DNA of 64,000 nucleotides, taken from contig JAKUPZ010000003.1 in NCBI GenBank assembly GCA_022449765.1, positions 10,675 to 74,674 on the forward strand. The letters are read 5' to 3'. Below, one piece after another: positions 48,951 through 58,879 of this stretch (position 1 is the first letter of the stretch; each line of letters opens with the position of its first letter). The notes below the pieces were generated by a model that worked only from the letters and a program-made list of their open reading frames with translations, did not search any database and was not told where the DNA came from. The position numbers and the translations under genes were made by a program. This DNA comes from Dehalococcoidia bacterium (GTDB taxonomy: Bacteria; Chloroflexota; Dehalococcoidia; Lucifugimonadales; Australimonadaceae).

Positions 48951-50249
48951 ATGAAACGCCAGGTTACAGGGGCAATCCTAATTTGCTTGTTAGCAATTAC
49001 CACTTTTTCTGTGAGTGTTTTTGCTTTTCACGAAGCTCACATAACGGACGATTACACTACTGTGGATTCAGATGACGTAAAAATGGATTCATCTGTTCGT
49101 ACTTTTGAAATGGGGTCACGAGAGGTAAGAGCCGATTTAACAATTGATTTGTATAACTTGAGCGAAGCGACAAAGCCGGTAGATGTTATTGATAGTCGAA
49201 GGAAAGTGAAACTAGAGCTGCATGACGTACCTGAGGACTGGGATATTGCAGTATGGGATAGGTTTTTTGATATCAAAATCAATGAAATAGTATTAGATCC
49301 TCCTATAGTAAGAGACACGCCAAGCCAAAGCCTCAGATTAAGAATTAACTTCCCGGACGATCGGCCAGACCCAGGCGAATACACTTTTCAGTTAAAGGTT
49401 CTTTCGCCTGATGCAAAAACGATATATGACACAGCGCGATATACAGTAATTGTTCCCGAACCCCCCAAAAGCACGGATACAGGTGTTTCAGTGAATTCTA
49501 CTTTCCCTGTTTTGACGGGCTCGGTTAGTAGTGAATTCGAATTTGAAATTGTCATTGTCAATGACACAGGAGCAGATTCCTCGTTTAAGCTTGAAGGGGA
49601 AGTGCTTAATAGTAATGCACAGGCTTTAACAGGATGGGAAATAACGTATGCTCCATCTTTTGGAGGGGATCGATTAATTGCTAGTGTCAGCGTTAAAGAT
49701 GCGCTCTCAGAAAGAGTAGACGTTAATGTAAATCCCCCGAGTAATACAGAGCCGGGTGATTACTTTATTCCAGTAAAAATTTCGGACGATGCGGGGTTTG
49801 AAGCTACTACGTTGCTTCAAATCACATTAAAAGGCCGAGGGGAAGTAATTACCAGCACGGACACAGGGCTTTTAAATGTCGATGCTGTTGCCGGTGAAGA
49901 AGCTCTAACCAAGATCAGAATTACCAATATAGGTACAGCTGAGCTGAACAATATTTCGCTTTTAGCGGACGCTCCTCAAGGCTGGGATGTTAGTTTCAAT
50001 CCTGCTGATATCGTTTCACTGCCGGTTGCTAATATGATTGATATTCCAGTGACTATTATTCCTACTAAGGATGCTATTCCAGGGGACTACTTAATTACAT
50101 TGAGAACCATTCATCCGGAAACCACAGATTTTTTGGAAATGAGGGTTACGGTAGCACAGTCCACAATTTGGGGATGGTTAGGGATAGTCTTAGTTTTTGC
50201 AGTTATAGGTGGCCTAGCAGGGCTTTACTGGAGGATTGGTCGTAGATGA
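48951..50249 (+). CDS. secreted/anchored NEW3-domain (COG1470-like) protein
   Basis: Signal-peptide-like N-terminus, repeated beta-rich modules (PGEYTFQLKV, PGDYFIPVKI, PGDYLITLRT) and a C-terminal TM anchor WLGIVLVFAVIGGLAGLYW. Its stop overlaps the ABC ATPase start (ATGA). Confidence 0.7.
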   Translation: MKRQVTGAILICLLAITTFSVSVFAFHEAHITDDYTTVDSDDVKMDSSVRTFEMGSREVRADLTIDLYNLSEATKPVDVIDSRRKVKLELHDVPEDWDIAVWDRFFDIKINEIVLDPPIVRDTPSQSLRLRINFPDDRPDPGEYTFQLKVLSPDAKTIYDTARYTVIVPEPPKSTDTGVSVNSTFPVLTGSVSSEFEFEIVIVNDTGADSSFKLEGEVLNSNAQALTGWEITYAPSFGGDRLIASVSVKDALSERVDVNVNPPSNTEPGDYFIPVKISDDAGFEATTLLQITLKGRGEVITSTDTGLLNVDAVAGEEALTKIRITNIGTAELNNISLLADAPQGWDVSFNPADIVSLPVANMIDIPVTIIPTKDAIPGDYLITLRTIHPETTDFLEMRVTVAQSTIWGWLGIVLVFAVIGGLAGLYWRIGRR

Positions 50250-51184
50250 GCGAGATTGTTATTGAGGCTAAGAATTTAAATAAAGCCTACGGGCATATCC
50301 ATGCGGTAGATGGTATTAATTTATCCATAGAGCAAGGGGAAGTATATGGATTTCTAGGACCAAATGGCTCGGGCAAAAGCACCACTATCTTAATGATGCT
50401 GGGGTATACAGAGCCTTCCGGCGGAAGTATTCGTGTCTTTGGAAAAGATCCTGCAAGAGAACCGATTGAAGTGAAACGAATTGTTGGATATTTACCCGAA
50501 ACTGTAGGATTTTATGGAGACATGTCGGGCCTAGAAAATTTGCTGTTTACAGCCGAACTCAATCAAATCCCCTCAGAAGAAGCATATTCTAAAAGCATTG
50601 AATTACTGGAAATGGTTGAATTGTTAGCCTCTAAGGACCAGCCGGTTAATCAATACTCAAGAGGGATGAAGCAGCGGCTGGGGATTGCTGACGTCTTAAT
50701 TAAAGATCCGCAAATCGTGATTCTTGATGATCCTACTTTGGGGCTTGATCCCGCTGGTATTCAATGGCTACTTGCACTAATAGAGAGATTGAGCCAGCAA
50801 AGAAACATAACCATTTTTCTTTCGTCGCACCAACTGCATGAAGTTCAACGGATATGTAACAGAGTGGGGATCATGTCTCATGGAGCTTTAGTACTAGAAG
50901 GAAAAGTCGCAGATTTGGTCCAAGAAACTGAATCCCACGGCTACGAGACCAAGCTTGAAATAGAGGGCGAAACTTCAGTTCTAGAGGGGAAAATAAAATC
51001 TATTTCAAGCGTTGAGAAGGTTTCAGTGGAGGGATCTCAATTAATAATAGAAAGTACTAGTGACGTAAGATCTCAAATTGCACTAGAGGTGATCCAGAGC
51101 GGTGCACAACTTTTGGAGCTTCAGGCTCATAGAAATTCACTTCAAGAAATATATATGAGGTATTTTCAAGAGGCATTGGTATGA
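50246..51184 (+). CDS. ABC transporter ATP-binding protein (ABC-2 type)
   Basis: Walker A GPNGSGKST, signature YSRGMKQRLG, Walker B IVILDDPT. Confidence 0.92.
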   Translation: MSEIVIEAKNLNKAYGHIHAVDGINLSIEQGEVYGFLGPNGSGKSTTILMMLGYTEPSGGSIRVFGKDPAREPIEVKRIVGYLPETVGFYGDMSGLENLLFTAELNQIPSEEAYSKSIELLEMVELLASKDQPVNQYSRGMKQRLGIADVLIKDPQIVILDDPTLGLDPAGIQWLLALIERLSQQRNITIFLSSHQLHEVQRICNRVGIMSHGALVLEGKVADLVQETESHGYETKLEIEGETSVLEGKIKSISSVEKVSVEGSQLIIESTSDVRSQIALEVIQSGAQLLELQAHRNSLQEIYMRYFQEALV

Positions 51185-52101
51185 AGGCATTATTCTGGAA
51201 AGAGCTGGCGGATCATTTTGGGCGCCGCCGCTTCGTCCTCCTCCTTGGACTGGTTGGAATAGGGTTGTTATGGGGATCATTTGTAGATGTCTCAAGGCTA
51301 ATTGATGAAGGCCGGGCGTTCATTTTTCTAGACGTATTCTCAACTAGTACAGGCGTGCCAATTTCCTTACTTTCCTTTATTAGCTTTTTTGGCCCTGTGA
51401 TCGGAATTGCACTTGGGTTTGATTCGATTAACGGGGAAAGAACGCAGGGAACACTCTCAAGATTGCTTGCCCAGCCGATTTATCGGGATAGCGTTTTTAA
51501 TGCTAAATTGCTGGCTGCTATTTTAACCCTTAGTTTGGTTGTTGCTAGTGTGATGATGGTTGTTGTAGGGATTACTATGTTTCGACTAGGTATTCCTCCA
51601 ACCCCTGAAGAGATCCTGCGATTAGTTGGGTTTTATTCAGTTACGATGATGTATTTATCTTTTTGGCTTGCGCTTTCTATCACAACCTCAGTGCTGTTTA
51701 GAAATACCGTTACTTCTGCATTAGCGTCTATTGGAGCATGGTTTTCATTGGGATTCTTGGTTACTTTGTTTGGCGGGGTTATTGCAGATCGCATAGTTCC
51801 TGAAATAAAAGTCTCTGCAGATGCGATTAGGCATTTGTCTATAGAATCTTGGATTAATAGAGCCTCGCCCTCCGGGCTCTTTTCTGAGGCTACAACAATC
51901 TTGCTAGATCCTATGGGCGGAAGGGCTTTGAATTTTTTCTCGATTGACCAGAGCAGGCTTTCTGGTTTGTTATCTACTCCTGTATCTGCTGTCCAGAGCT
52001 TACAATTAATATGGCCTCATATTGTTGTGCTACTTGGGATGGTTGCTTTGTTAATTGCGCTTTCCTATTTGAAATTTATGCGTGAAGAAATACGTGCGTA
52101 A
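51181..52101 (+). CDS. ABC-2 family transporter permease
   Basis: 306-aa polytopic protein; ATGA overlap with the ATPase gene. Confidence 0.8.
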   Translation: MKALFWKELADHFGRRRFVLLLGLVGIGLLWGSFVDVSRLIDEGRAFIFLDVFSTSTGVPISLLSFISFFGPVIGIALGFDSINGERTQGTLSRLLAQPIYRDSVFNAKLLAAILTLSLVVASVMMVVVGITMFRLGIPPTPEEILRLVGFYSVTMMYLSFWLALSITTSVLFRNTVTSALASIGAWFSLGFLVTLFGGVIADRIVPEIKVSADAIRHLSIESWINRASPSGLFSEATTILLDPMGGRALNFFSIDQSRLSGLLSTPVSAVQSLQLIWPHIVVLLGMVALLIALSYLKFMREEIRA

Positions 52102-53188
52102 AGCTGAGGGCAAAAAGGAGTTAGTTCGCGAAATTTTAGAAAAGCGCGAATTCGATACGCTTTCTCCGAATGCAAGCTTCAGCGCTCTCACAAAAGGCCG
52201 ATCGATTGCTGAGCCGAAGGACGGGCTTCGAACGGAGTTCCAACGAGATAGGGATCGAGTAATTCATACTAATGCTTTTAGACGGATGAAGCATAAAACT
52301 CAAGTTTTTATTGCACCTGTGGGGGATCATTTTGTCACAAGATTGACGCACACTCTTGAGGTTACTCAGATAGCGAGGACGATTGCACGATCTCTCAACT
52401 TAAATGAAGACCTTGCGGAGGCAGCAGCTCTTGGGCATGACGTAGGGCATACACCTTTTGGCCATGTTGGAGAGCAAGTACTTGATTCTATCCATCCAGG
52501 TGGTTTCAGGCATAACGAGCAGAGCTTACGAACTATTGATGTCTTGGAAAAAAATGGAAAAGGCTTGAATTTAACTTACGAAACAAGGCAGGCAATATTG
52601 CACCATTCAAAACCTCGTGGCAATTTCATGAACGCCACCGATCTAGGGTTCCTTTCTTTGGAAGCACAAATAGTTCGAGTGTCTGATGCTATTGCGTACC
52701 TTGCTCATGACATAGGAGATGCCATTCGTGCAGGTATTTTGGATGAGTCGGATTTACCGGTTGAGGCCAGAGAGATTTTAGGTACACGCCATTCTCAGCG
52801 TGTGGATACTATGGTAAACGACGTTGTTTCTGCTTCTTGGAATGCTGTGGTTTCTGAGGGAGTTCAAGACCAAAAGAAACCGCTTTTGGCAATGAGCGCA
52901 GAGGTAAATGGGGTAGTTACAAGGCTCCGGGAATTTATGTTTGATCATGTGTATATGCCTGCTGGTGAAGGCATGGAAGGCAGGAATGCAAGAGAAGTTA
53001 TCGAATTTTTGTATGGATACTTCTTAAGTAATCACGTGGAAATACCAGAGAGGTACTTTGCCTCACAAGATAATGTTGAAAGAGTGGTGTTGGACTATAT
53101 AGCAGGAATGACTGATCAATTTGCATTGCATACAGCGGAAGGTTTGAAGCCAGGTATTGCATCGGATGTTTTTTTGGGCAGAGTATAG
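52082..53188 (+). CDS. dgt: dGTPase-like HD-domain triphosphohydrolase
   Basis: Motifs FQRDRDRVIHTNAFRRMKHKTQVF, RLTHTLEV and GHDVGHTPFGH. Listed start is GTG 52082, overlapping the end of the permease gene; the exact start is uncertain. Confidence 0.85.
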   Translation: MKKYVRKAEGKKELVREILEKREFDTLSPNASFSALTKGRSIAEPKDGLRTEFQRDRDRVIHTNAFRRMKHKTQVFIAPVGDHFVTRLTHTLEVTQIARTIARSLNLNEDLAEAAALGHDVGHTPFGHVGEQVLDSIHPGGFRHNEQSLRTIDVLEKNGKGLNLTYETRQAILHHSKPRGNFMNATDLGFLSLEAQIVRVSDAIAYLAHDIGDAIRAGILDESDLPVEAREILGTRHSQRVDTMVNDVVSASWNAVVSEGVQDQKKPLLAMSAEVNGVVTRLREFMFDHVYMPAGEGMEGRNAREVIEFLYGYFLSNHVEIPERYFASQDNVERVVLDYIAGMTDQFALHTAEGLKPGIASDVFLGRV

Positions 53189-53250
53189 AGAAAATAATCA
53201 GGCGTTTACCTCTTGCGTCGATACCTTTGCCTATAGTCTAAAATAACCTT

Positions 53251-55080
53251 ATGGGCGCACCAGATGAGATAAAAGCAAAAATAGACATTGTCGATCTTGT
53301 TTTAGACTATGTTCCCGAGCTAAAAAGAGCTGGCAAAAATTTTCAAGCACCGTGCCCATTTCATAACGAGCGAACTCCTTCGTTTATTGTTTTTCCAGAA
53401 AAGCAAACATGGCGTTGTTTCGGTGCATGTTCTACAGGCGGAGATATATTTGAGTTTGTAATGAAAAAAGAAGGCACAAGCTTTCCAGGTGCATTAACAA
53501 TCCTAGCTGATAAAGCAGGAATTCAATTAACGCAGGTGAGTAAGAATGACCAACCGCATCCTCTATATGTTTTGAATCGGGTGGCCCAAAAATTTTTTAC
53601 TGATTCATTTATTGCAGACAGGGGGGCGCAAGCACGTACTTATGCAAAGAGCCGATACATATCAGATGAGTCAATAGCTACTTTTGGGATTGGATATTCG
53701 CCTAGTTCTGGCGATGAACTTTTGAAGCACCTTAAGACACTGGGCTACTCAGATGAGCTGATTCTTGGATCGGGCTTGGTGACTCAGTCTGAAAGCGGAA
53801 ATATTAGAGATATGTTCCATGGCCGTTTGATGTTTCCGCTCCGTGATATACAAGGCAATATAGCGGGCTTTTCTGGGAGATCTATGGACGGTACTAACCC
53901 GAAGTACATTAATACAGCGAAGACGGCAGTATTTGATAAAGGCCAACTTCTATATGGGATTGATCAAGCGAAGGATTCTATATCACGGGAGAGCACAGTC
54001 ATTGTTGTCGAAGGGTACATGGACGTAATCACCGCACATGAGTATGGATATACAAACGTAGTTGCCTCTATGGGAACGGCATTAACGGAGCAACAGATTC
54101 TTTTAGTCAAATCTAAAGCGAACAAAGTAATTCTTGCCTTGGATGCCGATATTGCTGGCCAAGAAGCTATGCTTCGGAGTCTCAATGCATCATGGAAGTT
54201 GCTTGGCGATATAGTGGGATCTGGTTATCGAAAACAAAGCCTTCGTAATCGTTCTGACGATTTATCCATATTGCGAATTGCATTGATAACAGAGGGTAAA
54301 GACCCTGATCAGCTCATACGAAATGATCAATCTAAGTGGAATAATATTCTATCCAACGCTGTTTCAGCGATTGACTTTCTGATTGAGGCTGAAGCGAAAA
54401 AATTAGATTTATCATCCTCTCAAGGGAAATCAGAACTAGTAGAGCGTGTCTTACCTTTGGTTTTTTCTATACCTGATTGGAATGAACAAGATCGGTATTT
54501 ACAAAAACTAGCCGATACAACTGCAATTTCTAGAGATCAGCTCAGGATGATTGCAGGGAGTTGGAGCCGTAAGCAACAGTATGTATCAAGGAACGCCTCA
54601 TCTAAAGCAAGGGCAGAAGATAAAGTAGAGTCTGTTTTTGCGGTAGCATCTGAAGATCCATTAGAAAAAAGAGCTATTACTCTTCTTTTGCAGCACGAGG
54701 ATCTTTGGGACTATCGCTTTGACTTAAAAATAGATTTTTTCATGCATGCGGCGAATCGGGCAATATTGAGTGCGATTCACGCGGAGAGTACAATGATAGG
54801 CGCACAGGCTGAATTAGATCAGCAATTTAAAGAACGATGGACGCATTTGTCGCAGTTGCAATCACCCCCCTCAGACAAAAAAATGCGTGATGAAGAATGG
54901 GCAGCGTGCTTACGCCGATTAGAAGAGAGGTACCTTCGCGAGCTTAAATCTTTAGAAGGAGCTGCATTCGAAAACGGCGGTGATGATTCTGGGTCTGCAG
55001 AATACATCGGGAATGTTGAGCAGCAGGCATTAGAGACAAATAATCGTCTTCGTGAGTTGTTCGCTGGTAATTCACATTAA
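53251..55080 (+). CDS. dnaG: DNA primase
   Basis: Zinc ribbon [11 protein letters not shown]...WRCFGC and Toprim VVEGYMDV...LDADIAGQ. Confidence 0.93.
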   Translation: MGAPDEIKAKIDIVDLVLDYVPELKRAGKNFQAPCPFHNERTPSFIVFPEKQTWRCFGACSTGGDIFEFVMKKEGTSFPGALTILADKAGIQLTQVSKNDQPHPLYVLNRVAQKFFTDSFIADRGAQARTYAKSRYISDESIATFGIGYSPSSGDELLKHLKTLGYSDELILGSGLVTQSESGNIRDMFHGRLMFPLRDIQGNIAGFSGRSMDGTNPKYINTAKTAVFDKGQLLYGIDQAKDSISRESTVIVVEGYMDVITAHEYGYTNVVASMGTALTEQQILLVKSKANKVILALDADIAGQEAMLRSLNASWKLLGDIVGSGYRKQSLRNRSDDLSILRIALITEGKDPDQLIRNDQSKWNNILSNAVSAIDFLIEAEAKKLDLSSSQGKSELVERVLPLVFSIPDWNEQDRYLQKLADTTAISRDQLRMIAGSWSRKQQYVSRNASSKARAEDKVESVFAVASEDPLEKRAITLLLQHEDLWDYRFDLKIDFFMHAANRAILSAIHAESTMIGAQAELDQQFKERWTHLSQLQSPPSDKKMRDEEWAACLRRLEERYLRELKSLEGAAFENGGDDSGSAEYIGNVEQQALETNNRLRELFAGNSH

Positions 55081-55112
55081 ATAGTCAATATGTGTATATA
55101 AATGAGGTAAAT

Positions 55113-56756
55113 GTGGCAACTAAAACTGAAATGGATAAGGATAAAAAATCCAAACCAATCGCAGAAGCAAAACCTAAAAAAGCGCAAGGAAAGGTTTCTG
55201 CGGCTAAGGCGAAGCCATCTACCGCCCAAAATGCCAATAAAAAAGTAAGCGAATCGAATGCTGATGACGAACAACAACTTGCTGAAGAGCAATTTAGTGC
55301 ATCGAATAACGATCAACCGGAGGAGATAAATCCCTCGGAGGCAATTGCTACCTTAGCGGCCGCTATCGCCGGAGGTGGAATTGAAGAGCCGGGTCATGAC
55401 GAAATTAAGGCTACCGAAGAAGAAGCTAAAGAAGCGAGTGAAGATGCTCAGCAAGACGAAATTGAAGGGTCAGAGCTTATCGATGATCCTGTCCGGATGT
55501 ATTTGAGGGAAATAGGTAGAGTCACCCTCCTAACGGCAGCTGATGAAAGACGATTAGCATTGCAGTTGGCGGCATATAAGCATATTGATAAAGGAGAGCA
55601 AGAATTCTTAGCAGATACTGATCGACCTGCCAGTGCTTCAGATGTCGCAAAACTTTTATTATCTAGGCTTCAGGATCAAGGAGACTTGATAGAAGCAGTT
55701 TCTGAATATTTGGCCATTGATGAAAAAATGACTATTAGCGAACTGCTACTAAATGAAAAAATGCGTTCAGGTGTAGACGGGGAAATCAATTTTGACATGC
55801 TAGAGCAATTAGGTGAACGCTACGGTCAGGACTCTATGGAAGTGGCTCCTGAGATCGTAAAACTTTCTTTGAATAGTCATGTTTTACCTCAGGATATTTT
55901 AGGCATTATCGGCCCGGATGTTGAGATATCGGAGCTTCAAGACCTTATTCGAGACGCGGATATGGGACAACGGATCGATGCTAATGAATTTATATTAAGA
56001 CGACATTTCAATCAGGTTAAACAAGACGGGATTCGCGCGCAGAGGCACCTTGCAGAGGCAAACTTAAGATTGGTCGTAAGCGTTGCCAAAAAATACATTG
56101 GACGTGGCATGTCTCTCCTGGATTTAATACAAGAGGGTAACATTGGTTTAATCCGGGCTGTTGAGAAATTTGATTACCGAAAGGGATATAAATTTTCGAC
56201 CTATGCAACTTGGTGGATAAGGCAGGCAATAACTCGTGCTATAGCTGATCAAGCACGAACAATTCGGATACCAGTCCATATGGTTGAGACTATTAACAAA
56301 TTAATGAGGGTTAGTCGCCGATTGGTGCAAGAATACGGTCGGGAGCCAACGACATTGGAAATTGCTGAGGGAATGGAAGTGCCACCAGAGAGAGTACGTG
56401 AGATTTTGAAAGTTTCACAAGAGCCTGTATCCCTAGAGACCCCTATTGGTGAAGAAGAAGACTCACATTTAGGTGATTTCATTGAAGACAGTAGTGCTCC
56501 GGCTCCTGCAGACGCTGCTACTTTTCAATTGATGAGGGAACAAGTGGAAGAGGTTCTCGAATCCCTGAGTGATCGTGAGCGACGAGTACTTCAATTGAGA
56601 TTTGGCCTAGAAGATGGCCGTAGTAGAACCCTTGAAGAAGTAGGGCGGGATTTTGGGGTTACGCGGGAGCGGATTCGCCAAATTGAAGCAAAAGCATTAA
56701 GAAAACTGAGACATCCGAGCAGGTCTAGAAAACTGAGAGATTTCTTAGATAGCTAG
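55113..56756 (+). CDS. sigA: RNA polymerase primary sigma factor
   Basis: Regions 1.2 to 4.2 are present ([68 protein letters not shown]). Start is uncertain: GTG 55113 (GAGGT 4 nt upstream), ATG 55131, or the listed GTG 55092. Confidence 0.92.
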   Translation: MATKTEMDKDKKSKPIAEAKPKKAQGKVSAAKAKPSTAQNANKKVSESNADDEQQLAEEQFSASNNDQPEEINPSEAIATLAAAIAGGGIEEPGHDEIKATEEEAKEASEDAQQDEIEGSELIDDPVRMYLREIGRVTLLTAADERRLALQLAAYKHIDKGEQEFLADTDRPASASDVAKLLLSRLQDQGDLIEAVSEYLAIDEKMTISELLLNEKMRSGVDGEINFDMLEQLGERYGQDSMEVAPEIVKLSLNSHVLPQDILGIIGPDVEISELQDLIRDADMGQRIDANEFILRRHFNQVKQDGIRAQRHLAEANLRLVVSVAKKYIGRGMSLLDLIQEGNIGLIRAVEKFDYRKGYKFSTYATWWIRQAITRAIADQARTIRIPVHMVETINKLMRVSRRLVQEYGREPTTLEIAEGMEVPPERVREILKVSQEPVSLETPIGEEEDSHLGDFIEDSSAPAPADAATFQLMREQVEEVLESLSDRERRVLQLRFGLEDGRSRTLEEVGRDFGVTRERIRQIEAKALRKLRHPSRSRKLRDFLDS

Positions 56757-56758
56757 AT

Positions 56759-57427
56759 TTAGTGTTTTTTGTACTCATCAAAAAGAGTGATTTCTACACT
56801 TGCTGAAAGTGGAGCTACCAGCGATTGCGCGAGGGATTGCAGTAGCAATGTAACCCACATGTTTTCACCAATTGATCGCATCAAAATTGAGAACAAGACA
56901 AAGACAATTATTGAGAACGAGATTACTATAAATTGAACGGTAAACGTTCTAACCCAATTTCCTTCTATTAATTTCCAACTTTCAAGCACAGCTTGCAGAG
57001 GCATAGTATTTTCAAGGACGATAAAAGGCCTTATTAAGCTGAGGCGTACCCCCACATAAATTACTATAAAGATGCCAAAAATTGTGGGAATAAGGAGAAG
57101 AGCTGCAGCTGATGTAATCAGTGCTAACAAAAAGAGCTTTGGACCGAAAGCAACTAATGCACTTACTGAAGAGCTGATTTGTAATTTTCGCTGGCGTGAA
57201 GCTAAAACAACTAAATAAAAGGTGGATGTATGGAATCCGATAATAATTGAATTAATTACTGTTACCCTAAAGCTTGCTAGGTACAAATTATCAGTATTTG
57301 GGATGACTACTTGTCCGATTATATTAATCAATACTGCCGGTAGCAGTGAGACCAAAATAAAGAGGATAGGGGCGCGTGCATATAGGGCAATCGCCTCTCC
57401 CAGAAGTTCACCGAGTGAAGATTTCAT
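56759..57427 (-). CDS. hypothetical polytopic membrane protein
   Basis: Five to six hydrophobic segments and no family recognised. Start is ambiguous (ATG 57427, ATG 57466, TTG 57511). I chose 57427 because it leaves room for divergent promoters with alkA. Confidence 0.55.
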   Translation of the reverse strand: MKSSLGELLGEAIALYARAPILFILVSLLPAVLINIIGQVVIPNTDNLYLASFRVTVINSIIIGFHTSTFYLVVLASRQRKLQISSSVSALVAFGPKLFLLALITSAAALLLIPTIFGIFIVIYVGVRLSLIRPFIVLENTMPLQAVLESWKLIEGNWVRTFTVQFIVISFSIIVFVLFSILMRSIGENMWVTLLLQSLAQSLVAPLSASVEITLFDEYKKH

Positions 57428-57521
57428 AGGGCCATTATTATGTTCAGTAGGGTGAAGGAAGTTCATATAAAATATCGTAGAGGGAAGTAAACTTAGAGTC
57501 CATACTTTCAAGGATAAAATA

Positions 57522-58469
57522 GTGGAGACAACGAAGATACAAGCACTTATCCAAATTCCATCCCCGATCCCTTTTGACTATTTTAAAACCATGCGGTTTC
57601 AAGCTAATTACCGAAAGCGTTCCGGGTCAGATTATTTTGAAAATGGGATTTATATGAAGGCGATGAGAATTAAAGGCCAACCTGTAATTCTTGAAATTCG
57701 CCAATCGCAAGAGTCCGAATCAATAGAGCTTCGGATTGTATCTCCAAGCGTGTTTACAGAACACCGTGCCGCAGCTGAGGCGTTATCGCAACTTTTAGGG
57801 TTTGATTTGGATTTAACGGAATTTGATAACTTTGTAAAGCGAGATGAGGTGCTTAATCCACTAATAGGAGACTTAAAAGGGCTTAGGCTTACTCGTACTG
57901 CAACAGTATATGAAGCTTTGGTGAGTGCAATTATAGGCCAACAAATCTCTGCTGCGGTTGCAGGGGTAATTAGAGAGAATTTTTTGGAGCGCTACGGTTC
58001 CCCCCTAGTAACAAGGCAAGGGACGACTCTTTATGTCTTTCCTGAACCAGAAGTGATATGCAAAGAGGGGATTGATGTTCTGCGCACGCTTAAATTAAGC
58101 GGCAAAAAGGCTGAGTATATATATGAAATTTCTCAAAGAGCCGCGTTAAAAGAACTGGATTACGATGTACTATGCCCGCTGACAAATGATGAAGTGATCG
58201 ATCAGCTGACCCAAATTCGAGGGATTGGGCGATGGACTGCAGAGTGGGTATTACTAAGGTCGTTAGGAAGGTTAGATGCAATTCCATCTGGAGACTTAGC
58301 ATTACAGCGCATGGTGGGGATGTATTATTTTGGAACGGATAGAGTCACCGAAGAAGAATTAGGAGCCTTTGCATTGAAGTATTGGGCTCCTTTTAGAGGA
58401 TTAATAACGCTATATTTATTTGCATTTTTACGGGAGAGTCGAGAAAGACTGCTGGAAGCAGCTAACTAA
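57522..58469 (+). CDS. alkA: DNA-3-methyladenine glycosylase II (AlkA-like, HhH-GPD)
   Basis: HhH-GPD motif IRGIGRWTAEWVLLRSLG with a downstream catalytic Asp (PSGDLALQR). GTG start with AAGGA upstream. Confidence 0.8.
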   Translation: METTKIQALIQIPSPIPFDYFKTMRFQANYRKRSGSDYFENGIYMKAMRIKGQPVILEIRQSQESESIELRIVSPSVFTEHRAAAEALSQLLGFDLDLTEFDNFVKRDEVLNPLIGDLKGLRLTRTATVYEALVSAIIGQQISAAVAGVIRENFLERYGSPLVTRQGTTLYVFPEPEVICKEGIDVLRTLKLSGKKAEYIYEISQRAALKELDYDVLCPLTNDEVIDQLTQIRGIGRWTAEWVLLRSLGRLDAIPSGDLALQRMVGMYYFGTDRVTEEELGAFALKYWAPFRGLITLYLFAFLRESRERLLEAAN

Positions 58470-58851
58470 ATCGCTGCCAGTCTTCGTGTAGTACATTAAT
58501 CACATGTATTGGTGTGCCTAAACGTTTAGCTAAGGCAATTGCATGCTGTGTTCCTGGACTAACGCCATCCCATATTGCGAAGACTTCTTCAGTGTTTTCG
58601 ATAACAGTACTGTTCCGATGCATAAAAAATTTTGGGTCATTATCAAAGTCATTGCCTTCAAAAAGTATTGTAATTTTTAACCCACGTTCTGTTGCTAATC
58701 TCACTGCTTCCTGATCGGTTCCAGGTGCACCATTGACAAAAATTTCAACATCGTTTGGCAAAGAATCAATAATACTTTGAAGCTGAGATTTCCATTCTGG
58801 ACTATGTAATTCCGTAAATCGCGTTCCTACAATACCTATACGCTTAGCCAC
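58462..58851 (-). CDS. SLOG-superfamily protein, DUF2493-like
   Basis: The pattern IGIVGTR...NGAPGTDQEAVRLA...FAIWDGVSPGTQHAIALAKRLG matches the DUF2493 pattern as I recall it. GTG start with AAGGA 7 nt upstream. Confidence 0.6.
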   Translation of the reverse strand: MAKRIGIVGTRFTELHSPEWKSQLQSIIDSLPNDVEIFVNGAPGTDQEAVRLATERGLKITILFEGNDFDNDPKFFMHRNSTVIENTEEVFAIWDGVSPGTQHAIALAKRLGTPIHVINVLHEDWQRFS

Positions 58852-58879
58852 TATGTCATCCTTGTGATTGCAAAATTAG

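Noticed and set aside
48129-53188. MazG and a dGTPase-like HD hydrolase near an ABC module, which could hint at a nucleotide-depletion defence locus.
   Set aside because: Both look like the ordinary housekeeping versions, and dgt sits in a dgt-dnaG-sigA arrangement. There are no associated sensors, nucleases, integrases or signs of an island.
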